Assembly (NCBI GenBank): GCA_040437565.1
Contig: JBDOQK010000006.1
Coordinates: 1 to 64,000, forward strand
DNA length: 64,000 bases
DNA from: Albugo candida
Lineage: Eukaryota
Reading direction: 5' to 3'
The notes under the pieces are model-generated. The model was not told the origin of the DNA. It searched no databases and saw nothing but the letters and a program-made list of their open reading frames with translations. Positions 40,401-50,929 of this stretch are shown here, piece after piece. A program made the position numbers and the translations under genes. The stretch's first letter is position 1; each line of letters starts with the position of its first letter.

Positions 40401-42071
40401 TCTCTTCAACGAATTTCTGCAGTGCTTCTTGCTCAACCTTCGAAAGACGGAAGGGAGCACGGGCGCTCAGCACCGCATTAAGCTTTATTTGCAGTTCGAA
40501 GTTCAGTGATCGCTTTGGAGGCATTTTATTCGGAAGTTGTTCTGGAAATACGTCCTTGTACTCGTCCAGAACTGTTTTCAACTCCTGCGATATTTCTGAT
40601 GGTTCTACGTTGGTAACCTTCAGTTGATATATCTCCTCCTATGCTCCGCTGTTCAGCTTCTCTTGGAAGGTAGGACCATCCACATCTTCAAACTTCGTGT
40701 GGGCTTCCGCTTCAATATGTTGCGATCGCCAATCAATCCGTGGGTTGTACTTGGTGAACCATGGTTGACTAAATATCAAGTCATGCGTATCCGGTAGGTC
40801 CCATTCCATGAACTGCATCCTTGGGAACTCCATACCGTCGATGCGAATCTTCCACTCTCTTCGTGGGATGACTCGATGTCCACGTTCCGTCAAAACGACG
40901 GGCTTGTACCTTTTATGCGCTTTGTATTTTTGAGACCAGACCAGTTTGATCAGATTTGTGGACGCACCAGAGTCGACCAAAATCTTGACGGATTTGTTAC
41001 CAATGACACCATCACGTACTAGTAGTCGACCTTGCACTGGCATGTCCGATCCAAAGCTGCTTGATTCTAAGCCAGTAGGCTCTACTTCTGTCGTCTTTTG
41101 GACATCCACGGCATTGATCGTGACACGGTCGTAAACAGTGGATTCTTGTTCGTCCTCACGGCTGTCCACATTGTTTTGACTTGCTGACGACTTACATTTT
41201 GATGATAATTCCGTTCGGAACGATTGTTACCTCGATCATTACGTGGCTGGCGATGACGATACTGTGTGGAGTGATGATTTGGACTTCCGCACTTGAAGCA
41301 CAAATTACGGCGGCGACATTTGTCACGAGACGGAATTTGCACGTAGCTAATGTCCATTGGCTCTGGACCATCGTTCGATCGATATCGATGACTGCTTTCG
41401 TATGACCTGTACCGCGGTCTATCGTGCGAAATTACTCGAGAATGTCTCGGCGGATGAGAACGGTCAAAGTCTAACGCAACCTTAATTGCTTCGGAGAGTG
41501 TTGTACAGCGACGGTACTGAACTTATTCCCGCGTGCGACCTGTCAGTCCACGGAGAAAGTACATGATCTGGTCCAGCTCGCTCATCTCTCGAACTTGAGT
41601 GACTACGTGGCGAAACTTGCACACATAATCAGGAAGATCTTCGCAATCGCGCTCTCTCATATTGTTCATATCCTCACGCAGACGCTCTTGCAGGTCAGCA
41701 GGAACAAATTCACGTTCGCCTTTGCTCAAGAAGTCGTCCACGTTTGTGACATACTGTTTTTTCATCACATACCACTGAGCGTCTCCTTACTTCAGTGTGC
41801 CGCCTAAGACAGCGAGTATTCTTTGAGAAAGTTCTAGACTCTTCCAGTCCACTCCTCTTGCAAAGAAGTTTTGTTCCACTTGCTCCTTGTAGAGTTGACA
41901 AAAATCATTCAACCTACCCCCATACGTCGGAAGTGTCACACCCTCTAGCTTGATTTCCGAAAGCTGTTTTGATTTTTGAAATTGCTCGAGCAATTGCGCC
42001 TGTTTTTCCATAGTTTTAACCATAGAGTACAGCAATTGTGCATGCTGATCGGAAGTCATCGCGGTGGACAT
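37415..42071 (-). pseudogene. Gypsy gag-pol pseudogene (gag with zinc knuckle, protease, RT, RNase H, integrase, chromodomain)
   Basis: gag MSELDQIMYFLRGL; knuckle CFKCGSPNHHSTQY; protease LVDSGAS; RT LDLAQGYHQ and YLDD; SFLGLAGYYRRFI; integrase SMDFITRLP; chromodomain VEWLVKWHGL..DSTWE. Many frameshifts. Confidence 0.94.
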
Positions 42072-42502
42072 TGTTGAACCAATACGATTAGTCAACTTTA
42101 TGTGGTTGATCTGGGGTCCTTTTTGGCTCTTGGGTGCTTCTCTTGACAACCTTTGGTCCGTGTTTTAAGTAGGTTTTCGACTTGGCGGTCGGTAGTTGGC
42201 TAACGGGTACGGTTTTGTACCCTGGCGGTGCGGCACAAGGGACTCGGATAGTTTTGACCCTGTGCTTAGCGATTTCGCGTGACATGCGCAGATTCACAAT
42301 GCTCTCGAATCTGAGCAAGTCACTGGCGTGCGAGAGTAAGAGAGCTTTGATGTTTTTTTTTCGCGCGAGTCGGAGCGGTGAGACGTGTCCAGGTGTTTCT
42401 CGAGGCGGCAAAGAATGCGGCTGGTGCGGTAGGGACGGCATGCACGGCGAAGACGGCGATGCTGAAAACGGCAGTGGAGACGGCGAGGACGGCGAGGACC
42501 AA

Positions 42503-42514
42503 CAAGTGCTACCA
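42503..42514 (-). promoter_or_regulatory. Gypsy primer-binding site (tRNA 3' end, likely iMet)
   Basis: TGGTAGCACTTG lies 2 nt after the 5' LTR end. TGGTAGCA is complementary to a ...UGCUACCA tRNA 3' end. Confidence 0.7.
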
Positions 42515-42516
42515 GA

Positions 42517-42708
42517 TGTGAAGACTTCTGTTCACTTAGGATTTGAAAAACTGCCTTAATATTGGTCCTTAGTTCGCTATCCTGTGCTACCTCTAAGCCT
42601 ATCATTCTAGGTCCCTCTATAATGTTCCTAATGACGTCAGACCGTGACGTCATGGCCTATCTCGCATACAGTCAGCTCAATCTTGTTGCCCGACTCGGCG
42701 GCATGACA
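42517..42708 (-). repeat. 5' LTR of the Gypsy element
   Basis: TGTCATGCC...CTTCACA, followed by the PBS. Two TGACGTCA motifs. Confidence 0.92.
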
Positions 42709-43151
42709 CAAAAGGAGAAAAAATCAGTGAATAGGATTGCTATCTTTCAGATGGATGACTGAGTATGTTCTGATTACTGAGGAATTGTGTCAGCTGTAAT
42801 AAAACACGACATAGAAGGTATGAGCGCTGCATCTTCTTGAATAGGTGGCACTTCAGACATAATCTTTGTGTCACAAAAAGGCCGTTGTAAAAGATGTGAT
42901 ATTTGCCACGAGAACGTTACTAGAAGAAGTATATGTACAAGTAGACTATCTGTAGCAAACGGATTGTCGAGTGACGATAAACCGTATTCACCTCAACTTG
43001 CATACTTGAAGAAAAACCAACGAGATATGTTGGGCAAGCGTAAATTCAGCATGCCAGCATTGCCGCTTATGACGTGTTTTGATTGGCTGAATTGTAATAA
43101 TTGCGGAATGAATGCGACGATTGTGTCGTTCTTTGTCAATTCATTTTTTGA

Positions 43152-43745
43152 ATGGCGACACGTGCTGATATGGAAGAAGAAAAGCAGCCCGTTGTGAATA
43201 GTTATTCACTCGATCTACCATCGTATGAAGGCAATGAGGGGATGCATGAAACAATTGTACCGATCACGACCAATGATCAAAGTGAGCGCTCATTGGTCAA
43301 TGCGTCATATCAGATCAAGGGAAGAGCTGCACTACATTCTAAAACCCAACTAAGCTGAATTGAAAACTGCAGACGGAAAAGAACGTATTGTGCGACTATT
43401 GCCAATGCGTCAAGTAGCGGATGTATACGATCCCCGTGAATTGCTGAGCTGCATCTTTCAATTCTATTGTCGCTTTGGACGAAGTACCAGCGTCAAACAA
43501 ATTTCCAGAACACTTGGTACATAAGAATTATATATTAATGCAGCAGCTTCATGTTTGAAATGTAGATAGTACAAAGTTTGGCAATCTGTGCCGGGACTGC
43601 ACAAAACTTATAAATGCAAATTTGACGCGGGCGGTAGTTAATATCATATTCATCAAAGCTGTAAGAAAAACAGGGCGCCGCATGAACTATCAAAGCTTCT
43701 TGGACGCTCTTCGCATGGTTGCGATCAAAAAGTATCATTTGATGG
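43152..43745 (+). pseudogene. p25alpha/TPPP-domain protein pseudogene with a 49-nt intron
   Basis: Splicing GT..AG 43517-43565 gives LLSCIFQFYCRFGRSTSVKQISRTLDSTKFGNLCRDCTKLINANLTRAVVNIIFIKAVRKTGRRMNYQSFLDALRMVAIKKY, the p25alpha pattern (F..LC.DC; D.IF.K; F..AL..hA..K). In-frame TAA at 43351-43353 and a frameshift relative to the ATG at 43152. Confidence 0.72.
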
Positions 43746-44673
43746 TACGTCAGCAAACCCGTTTCCAAACAAAAATGATTCTCATGAAGGTGTAGCGTGT
43801 ACATCAATGTCTACTAAGATTAATATTAAGTCATCTATCACGACTACCGTGTCTTTATGATCTGAATAAGGATGAAAAGGTATGAAGTGCACTCAAATTT
43901 TGTTGGTTGCTGATAGCACGTTATTTCATCTACAAGTAGTCTTCGTCGTTGAATGAACATTGACTAGCGCCATTTTCTTACAATCGATATCAAAGAATAA
44001 ATTGTGATGAGCGTTTTCTTGACCAAGTAATAACGTAATTAAAAACGAAATGAATCACATGAATGCATTCTTTATTTTTTATTGCTGTTGTTTTTGATGA
44101 ATAACCGGACAGAGGATACACAAACACGTATCCATCGACTTTTTATAAAAACAGGACACTTAGTTCGCAGCTGTTAATATTCTTGCGTGCGTGCTGTCAT
44201 GCAATCAGTAATGACTAAAAGTCACCAACGATAACTTTGTACGAGGTAGTAAAAGAATAGAAGAAGGGTCTGAGACACGACTCATAAACAATTCTCTTTT
44301 TCATGTTGTATATTCGACCGCAGTTGTGACAAGATCGTGGTTCTCGTTCAATCGTCTTCGTGTGACGCCGGGTAATGATTGACTTATGCTAGCATGCAAT
44401 CGCTGTTCTTCCCAATATTGAGGCACGTCAAGTTGTCGAGTGAAAAAAAATGGCCTTTCCAAAATATCAAGTATCACCTCAACACGAATCAGTGAGATGA
44501 AACTGAGTATGATCATGTTTTATTGAATTCGTTGCTGTAATATGCTACGTGCATGCATCCATTCGAAATCGCACGCACATCTTTTGTCTACGTGGTAATT
44601 GTCAGCGTGATAAAGAGAATATTCTCAACAAGAGCCTTCTATTTAGGTGGCAATGCGGAAAACGGATAAGCAT

Positions 44674-44839
44674 TATTGAAGTGAAGGGAGCTTTTACGAG
44701 AGATCGTTCGGGCCACGACGTTCAGTGTAGCTTGGAAAGTACGTTTATTGAATTTCAGATTGCTAACTACAGTAGATGTAATATTAGAATCTTCAGCGGT
44801 GGCCTTTATTGTCCAATGTGGTCAACACCATCATCAACA
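44674..44839 (-). repeat. 3' LTR of Copia element B
   Basis: Matches 48366-48530. Termini TGTTGA...TCAATA on the minus strand. Confidence 0.95.
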
Positions 44840-44853
44840 CTCTCCCTCGAATT

Positions 44854-47800
44854 TTAAACTCCAACGTTTGACTTCTTCAATAACTCTTGGAATTGCTTAG
44901 TCGCTAGTGGCTGCATCAAATAATCGGCCACTTGGCACTTTCAATTAACGTAATTCAATTCGATGTTTCCGAATTTCACTTGTTCGCGGACAAAATGATG
45001 ATGAATGTCGATGTGCTTTGCTCGAGTTTGATACCCATCATTCTTTACAACGTACAGTAATGAGCCAACCAGCGATCGAAAAGGTCGCTTCTTCATCCGT
45101 GGATCTTTTGTCTCACTTTTCTTTAATGACTGACCCTTAATCGTTGGGTTGTGTACTGGTTTCGACTCAACTTGATTGAACTTGTCGATCAGTCTCGAGA
45201 TGCATGCTGCCTAGAAGATCTTCATCACTCTCTTACTTTGACTATACTCAGCTTCCATGCCAAGGATGTGCCTCACTTGACCAAGTGTCTTGAGTTAAAA
45301 CTCTTTCTTCAATTGCAGCGTGATGTTGTTAACCACTTCCAAACTTCTTGCTCCTATCAGCATATCGTCAACATACAAAGCAATATATGGGGAGTCATGT
45401 TCTCCATGTCGGACGAAAATGCAAGAATCCGACTTGCATCGAAAAAACCCTAGCTTGATCTCAAATATATTTGAGATCAACTTGTACCATGTGACAGCTG
45501 CTTGCTTTAGGCCATATAAAGTTCGGTTCAACTTGCAAACATGGTTTGGTTGAATCGATACTCTACTCCTTCTGGCGGCCAAATGAATAAATCTTCTTCC
45601 ATAATTACATTAAGGAATGCCGTATCCACGCTATATTGCTGCACAAGATAACATCGGTGACAGCACAATGCCAAGAATACATGAATTGAATTCAAGCTTG
45701 CAGCAGGAGAGTACGTCTCAAAGTAATCGATGCCTGACGTTTGTCGATAGCCAAGTGCGACAAGTCTTGCCTTATAACGTTGGATTTCTCCTTTGTCATT
45801 CTTCTTGATTGAAAATACCCATTTGGTGCCGACCACTTTCTGACTTGATGTATGTTTTACTACGGTCCAAGTTGACTTTTTCTCCAAAGCTGCCAATTCC
45901 GCTTTGATAGCTTCAAGTCACTGCTCCACTTCTGGTGATTTCCGTACACCTTGATAGCAACTTGGTACTTGATGCATTAGCTTCTTCATCTTCGAGTCTG
46001 CATCGTTTCTTTGGTCGTCCATTATCTTCAACTGAATCGCTCTCATAAGGTACGATTGCATCAGAGAGACCACCGTCTATTAGTGCTAATTGTGGATTCC
46101 CTGTCAAATTTTATCTTCCAGATGGCGTACCACAACGAATTATATCATCAGCATATCTTCTCTCCCTCGACATCAAATCCGTACTGGTGGAATCTTTCGT
46201 CAAAGCATTATCTTCAATGTCCATATCCATATCATGCGTTGTAGACACGTCGATCGGCGATGTTGATGATGGCTGTTGAGTTTCCTCCATTTCAACATCG
46301 ACATGAACTCTTGATACAATGTCATAAACTTGTACATCCTCATCATGGTCGCGGTCAATCCTCGTACCATACGTTTGGCTCAAATGACCATCCACCACTT
46401 GAACGTATTCAAATTTGTTCGATTCTTCGAATACGACTGTTCGCACTACCACTAATTTGCTTGTTCTGGAATCGATCACTCGATAACCCTTTGTCATCTA
46501 GCTTTTGCCTCTTTGTCTTGTCGATGTGTGCTAAACCCTTGGAACCAAACACACAGAAGTTGCTCAAATTCGACCTTGTTTCAAAACAAACCTCAATAGG
46601 TGTCTTGGACTTCCAAACGGAGCATGTAATGCGATTAGTGATAGACGCAGCGGTGTTGACTTCTTCCGCCCACCACTGTTTATCAACATTATTCCGCGCT
46701 ATCATTGATCGAGCTCGCTCCATCAGTGTACGGTTCATTCGCTCAGTTAACCCATTTTGTTGAGGTGAGTAAGGCGCAGTTGAAACGCCGGTATGTATAA
46801 TCCCGGCGTTTCGACAGAGGTATGTGAATTTTTTGTTGATGTACTCCCCCCCCCCCGTTGTCGGTTCGAATACACTTGATTCTTTTTTTTGGTTTGATTC
46901 TCCATCAACGCTTTATATTCCACAAACTTTTCGAACGCTTCACTCTTTGATGCGATTAAATTGGCCACAGTATATCTAGAAAAGTCGTTAATAAACGTGA
47001 CAAGATACTTTGCAACCATGTGTGATTTAATTTGCATGGGTGCCCATTACGTCACTGTGTATTAGTTCAAGAACCCTTGAGGTCTTAATTCCACTATTCT
47101 TTGATTTTGGGAATGAATTCACAAGTAATTTTTCATTCATGCATCCTACACACATTTGATGATCATCCTCTGATTGAAATCCACGTCCATCCCATCGACA
47201 CATTTTCTGACGTCTTTGAGATTCGACATCGATATATGTCCAAGGCGCGCATGCCATAATTCCAAATCTTATTTCGCATTTCTTGACTGGCATTCTCCAT
47301 GCTGGACGAACATCGCAATGCGTATAATTTGCCTCTTTTCTTGAGATTTGTCACCAATTGACCGTTTTTCATGATGCTACACCATTGTCCTTCAAACTTA
47401 ACTTTGAGTCCTCTTGACACCAAAGCTAATACTGACAGTATTCGTCGCTTCATGACCGGTACTAATAGCACATCATAGACTTTCATTCGAGCTCCATTTT
47501 AGAGTGTAACAGGAACAATTCCAATTTTTGTGGCTGTTAGCTGAAGGCCATTTGCTACAGTGATCTGAATCGATGATTTGAGTAGCTTGAGATCCGTGAA
47601 TCCTTCTTTAAGTAGACTCATGTGACATTGACCGCTGTCGATTTTGTCGACATTCGGAAATTCTATGACCAGTACGTCCACAGCCAAAACACTTTCCATC
47701 AAACTTTTGTGCTGCTCCATCCCGCTCTAAATTTTCCTCGTCTTTCTTTTCTGAACTGCTGTTCCGTTGCTTACAAAGCAAGCTCGCCGTATTCCTTCCG

Positions 47801-48361
47801 TTGCAGCGATTTATATTCCTGTTGGATCATTTCTTTCTCTTGTACCATATCCATATTTGGTATGTTTTTTATGATATTTACGATTGAGTCGTATTCATCC
47901 GACAGAGTGCCTAATAGCAAGATGATTTGCTCATCTTGATCCAAATGGTCTACAATCGCAGCCATTCTTGTGCAAGTCTCCTCAAATTTCATGAGGTGCT
48001 CCAATGCATTTCCTCCCTTTTCCATTCTGAACTCGTGCACTTGTCGTCTTCTTTGTATGCGATTGTGCGTGTTTCGCCGAACAAAGAAGTTTTTCAAGAT
48101 TTCCCACGCTTCAGCTATCGCTGTGGCCGAACGGATCAATGACTGAAACTTTGGGCTGATGAGTGTCGCAATGATGGCAAAGGCCTTGACATCATTGACT
48201 TTCCACATTTTTATTGCTGGATCGCCCTCATTCGGAATCTTCAAGGCATCAATGTGTCCGTAGAGGTTCTTCCTCGCTAACCTCATGCGAACATTGATTT
48301 CCCATTCGAAATAATTGTCTTCGTGCAATATGTCACTCTGTTCCATCGAGTTTGGGCTCAT
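44854..48361 (-). pseudogene. Copia gag-pol pseudogene (element B)
   Basis: gag MSPNSMEQSDILHEDNYFEW..LLGTLSDEYD; protease IDSGQCHM; integrase LELIHSDVMG and MNRTLMERARSM; RT RYKARLVALGYRQ, LYGLKQA, LYVDDMLI; RNase H tail RAKHIDI. Frameshifted. Confidence 0.95.
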
Positions 48362-48365
48362 AACC
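48354..48365 (-). promoter_or_regulatory. Primer-binding site, half-tRNA(iMet) type, overlapping the gag ATG
   Basis: GGTTATGAGCCC sits immediately after the 5' LTR. Its ATG (48361-48359) opens the 196-aa gag ORF. Confidence 0.88.
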
Positions 48366-48530
48366 TATTGAAGTGAAGGGAGCTTTTACGGAAGATCGTT
48401 CGGGCCACGACGTTCGGTGTAGATTGGAAAGTACGTTTATTAAGTTTTAGATTGCTAACTACAGTAGATGTAATATTAGAGTCTTCAGCATGGCCTTTAT
48501 TGTCCAATGTGGTCTACACAAACATCAACA
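48366..48530 (-). repeat. 5' LTR of Copia element B
   Basis: Direct repeat of 44674-44839. Confidence 0.95.
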
Positions 48531-49856
48531 AGCATATGTTTTGAGCACTTTTGATAAAATTTGGAAAGTAAGATATATTAAATGTAGGAGGTTCTTAGTT
48601 CACTTTACTAGCTAGTCTAAGCCTTCTCGTTCTAAACGCCCACAGCCACTAATTTATTGNNNNNNNNNNNNNNNNNNNNNNNNNNNNNNNNNNNNNNNNN
48701 NNNNNNNNNNNNNNNNNNNNNNNNNNNNNNNNNNNNNNNNNNNNNNNNNNNNNNNNNNNGCTAGTCTAAGCCTTCTCGTTCTAAACGCCCACAGCCACTA
48801 ATTTATTGTCCAATAGCTGAAAGTTGATTAGCCTGATGTGTTCCACACTGGTTCAGGGACATCAGCTTCAATAATATGATTGACCTCATTATAAAAAATG
48901 ATCAATCGACTAATACCATACTTTTCTGACGTAGCAATGATAAATTGGCTTACGTATCTCGATTGTTTGTTCGCATTGACACTTATCATTCGCTCACCTT
49001 TAACGTACTACATGTATGTGAAATTGGACAGCTTAAAGGGGGAGTTTTTGTAATCGTGCGACCATTAACATTCCACATGTGTAGTAATCAGGCTAATCGA
49101 TCACTGAAAGCAAAGCATTGTAGGAAACAATTCAAGATGTTGTCCTTTGAATTTGTAGAACAGGTATCCAGATTCCCCAAAGCAACCAATTATAACGTTT
49201 GCCTCACTTTCATTGATCAGATATTCCATACCCGTTTTAGCGATGCGAACCGTTTTGATTCTCGCATCTTAATCCACTAATCCATCACTGAATGATCTTT
49301 TTTCCAATTACCAGCAAGTTGGGCTGAAAAAGCTTGATGAAAGCTCAACGGAATGTCAATCAAGGGATGATCTTGATAAATAGATAACACGCGCTTTTTG
49401 AAGCGAGTATCTCATTGCTCCATACAATGCGGTACTAAATATAGCCAGAAGTACAACTTATACGTAGAGCTTTAGTAACTAGGTCATCGAATGGAGAAGG
49501 CGGCTTTCAAGCAACAGAACCAATAGCAAAGAACCAGTTGTCTTTGATACGATACGTGACCGCTGTAACACGCCTTGCAGTACTTCATTCGCTCCATAGG
49601 ATTAAATGAAAACCATCGCAGAAAAGAGAGTTAGATTGCATAAAAATTCCAACTAATTAAATAGACAGATTTCGGTAAGTACTTGAATCCAATTCGGCAT
49701 CTACGGCAGATACATTATAGCGAACAACTGCAGTGTATCACGATGAGCTCTGAGGCAAACGTACAAAATTTAGAGTCCGTCCCAATTTTCCAGGTCGTTA
49801 TGTTATGAATTTATACACTCGAAATGTTAATACGAAAGCACGTTTATATAGCTATG

Positions 49857-50929
49857 TAGTGCGAGACACCTATAACCATCAAGTCCTGATTTTTCACGGC
49901 CAAATTCGAAATTTTAATTTTAAGCAGCCTATACTCTCAACCTGACAAAAACTTGCTTCTCAGCCAATCAGGATTAGCGTAGCTCAATGTAGAAAACATT
50001 ATATATAATATATTTCTTGGTTATTTTTTTTTTCGCGTTCACCTTACGTTTATCATTGCACCCCGTCGCTACCACCACAATGGCACCACCCAAAAAACGT
50101 TCACAGCGGCTGAAACCAGCCAGGGCATCGAAAAAAGTTCGAATTGAGGCTGTCAGAACGATATGCGACCCTAGCAATTTTGACAGAAAACTTGGCCAGC
50201 CACCCGATTTCAATAAGCCAATTTTTTGGCCTGCTGATATGGAGGTGGAAGTGGACGAAGATTCAGAGCCTGAGGTCGAAGAGGCTAAGGGTTTCACTGA
50301 TAATGAAGCAGACTCTGCCGCACTGAAATTACACTTTATTTCGAACCGTCCGGGTCGGTACATTGGGAATTCGAGCCGTACTCAACGAAGAAAACGTGCA
50401 GAAAACCGCAATGCTGCACTTGGTTCTCGCCGACTTTAGACATACTTCAATTTATCACTCAAGATGCACAAGCTGGACCAGACAATGAGAACGAAAGCAG
50501 AAAATCTGATGACGAGGATGAGGATGATAACAAAATTGATGACATGACCGAGGGACACCTGGCCGCTGGAATGTTGAAACTTGACCAGGAGGCCAAACAG
50601 ACAACCAACAANNNNNNNNNNNNNNNNNNNNNNNNNNNNNNNNNNNNNNNNNNNNNNNNNNNNNNNNNNNNNNNNNNNNNNNNNNNNNNNNNNNNNNNNN
50701 NNNNNNNNNNNATCATGCTGCTTGAGCCAAATCCCTATAAATCTTTCGGTTTTAGAAATCCCATATCTTCGCCAAAATAAACCAAACATAAATCTGCTCT
50801 GTAATTTTATAGCTTTCTATCTCTAGTTCCCTGTGACTGAGCCAGATTTTGATCAAACTAAATTCTACTGGCTGTGATACAGTTCGAACAACCCTTAAAA
50901 TAGTTGATGGTTATAGATGTTCTGCACTA
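49857..50929 (+). mobile_element. TIR DNA transposon (probably IS630-Tc1-mariner superfamily), interior hidden by a gap
   Basis: 26-bp TIRs TAGTGCGAGACACCTATAACCATCAA and TAGTGCAGAACATCTATAACCATCAA (22/26 identical). TA on the right flank. An ORF starts inside the left end. Confidence 0.75.
50080..50611 (+). pseudogene. N-terminal part of a putative transposase (disrupted)
   Basis: MAPPKKRSQRLK (NLS-like), acidic tracts and YIGNSSRTQRRKR. TAG at 50437-50439, then a frameshifted acidic continuation into the gap. No catalytic motif is visible. Confidence 0.55.

Larger units (their letters stand above)
33533..42708 (-). mobile_element. Chromodomain-bearing Ty3/Gypsy complex: three LTRs and two pol copies of one family
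   Basis: LTRs at 33533-33750, 37265-37446 and 42517-42708. CAAAA TSD at 33528-33532 and 42709-42713. Polypurine tract (PPT) TCCGGGGAGA precedes both 3' LTRs. PBS follows the 5' LTR. Confidence 0.93.
44674..48530 (-). mobile_element. Ty1/Copia LTR retrotransposon (element B), internally deleted
   Basis: ~165-bp LTRs at 44674-44839 and 48366-48530. Perfect 5-bp TSD AGCAT (44669-44673, 48531-48535). PBS GGTTATGAGCCC. PPT CGAGGGAGAG. Confidence 0.96.

Noticed and set aside
37265..42708. A simple intact two-LTR Gypsy element
   Set aside because: The flanks do not form a TSD, and the 5' LTR matches the 33533 LTR better.
48611..48808. 49-bp direct repeat
   Set aside because: It is a contig-end overlap on either side of a gap.
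49400..49660. Possible pseudogenised Albugo-type CCG/CHxC effector (minus-strand MKYCKACYSG)
   Set aside because: The spacing does not fit CxxCxxxxxG, there is no in-frame signal peptide, and the evidence is too weak.
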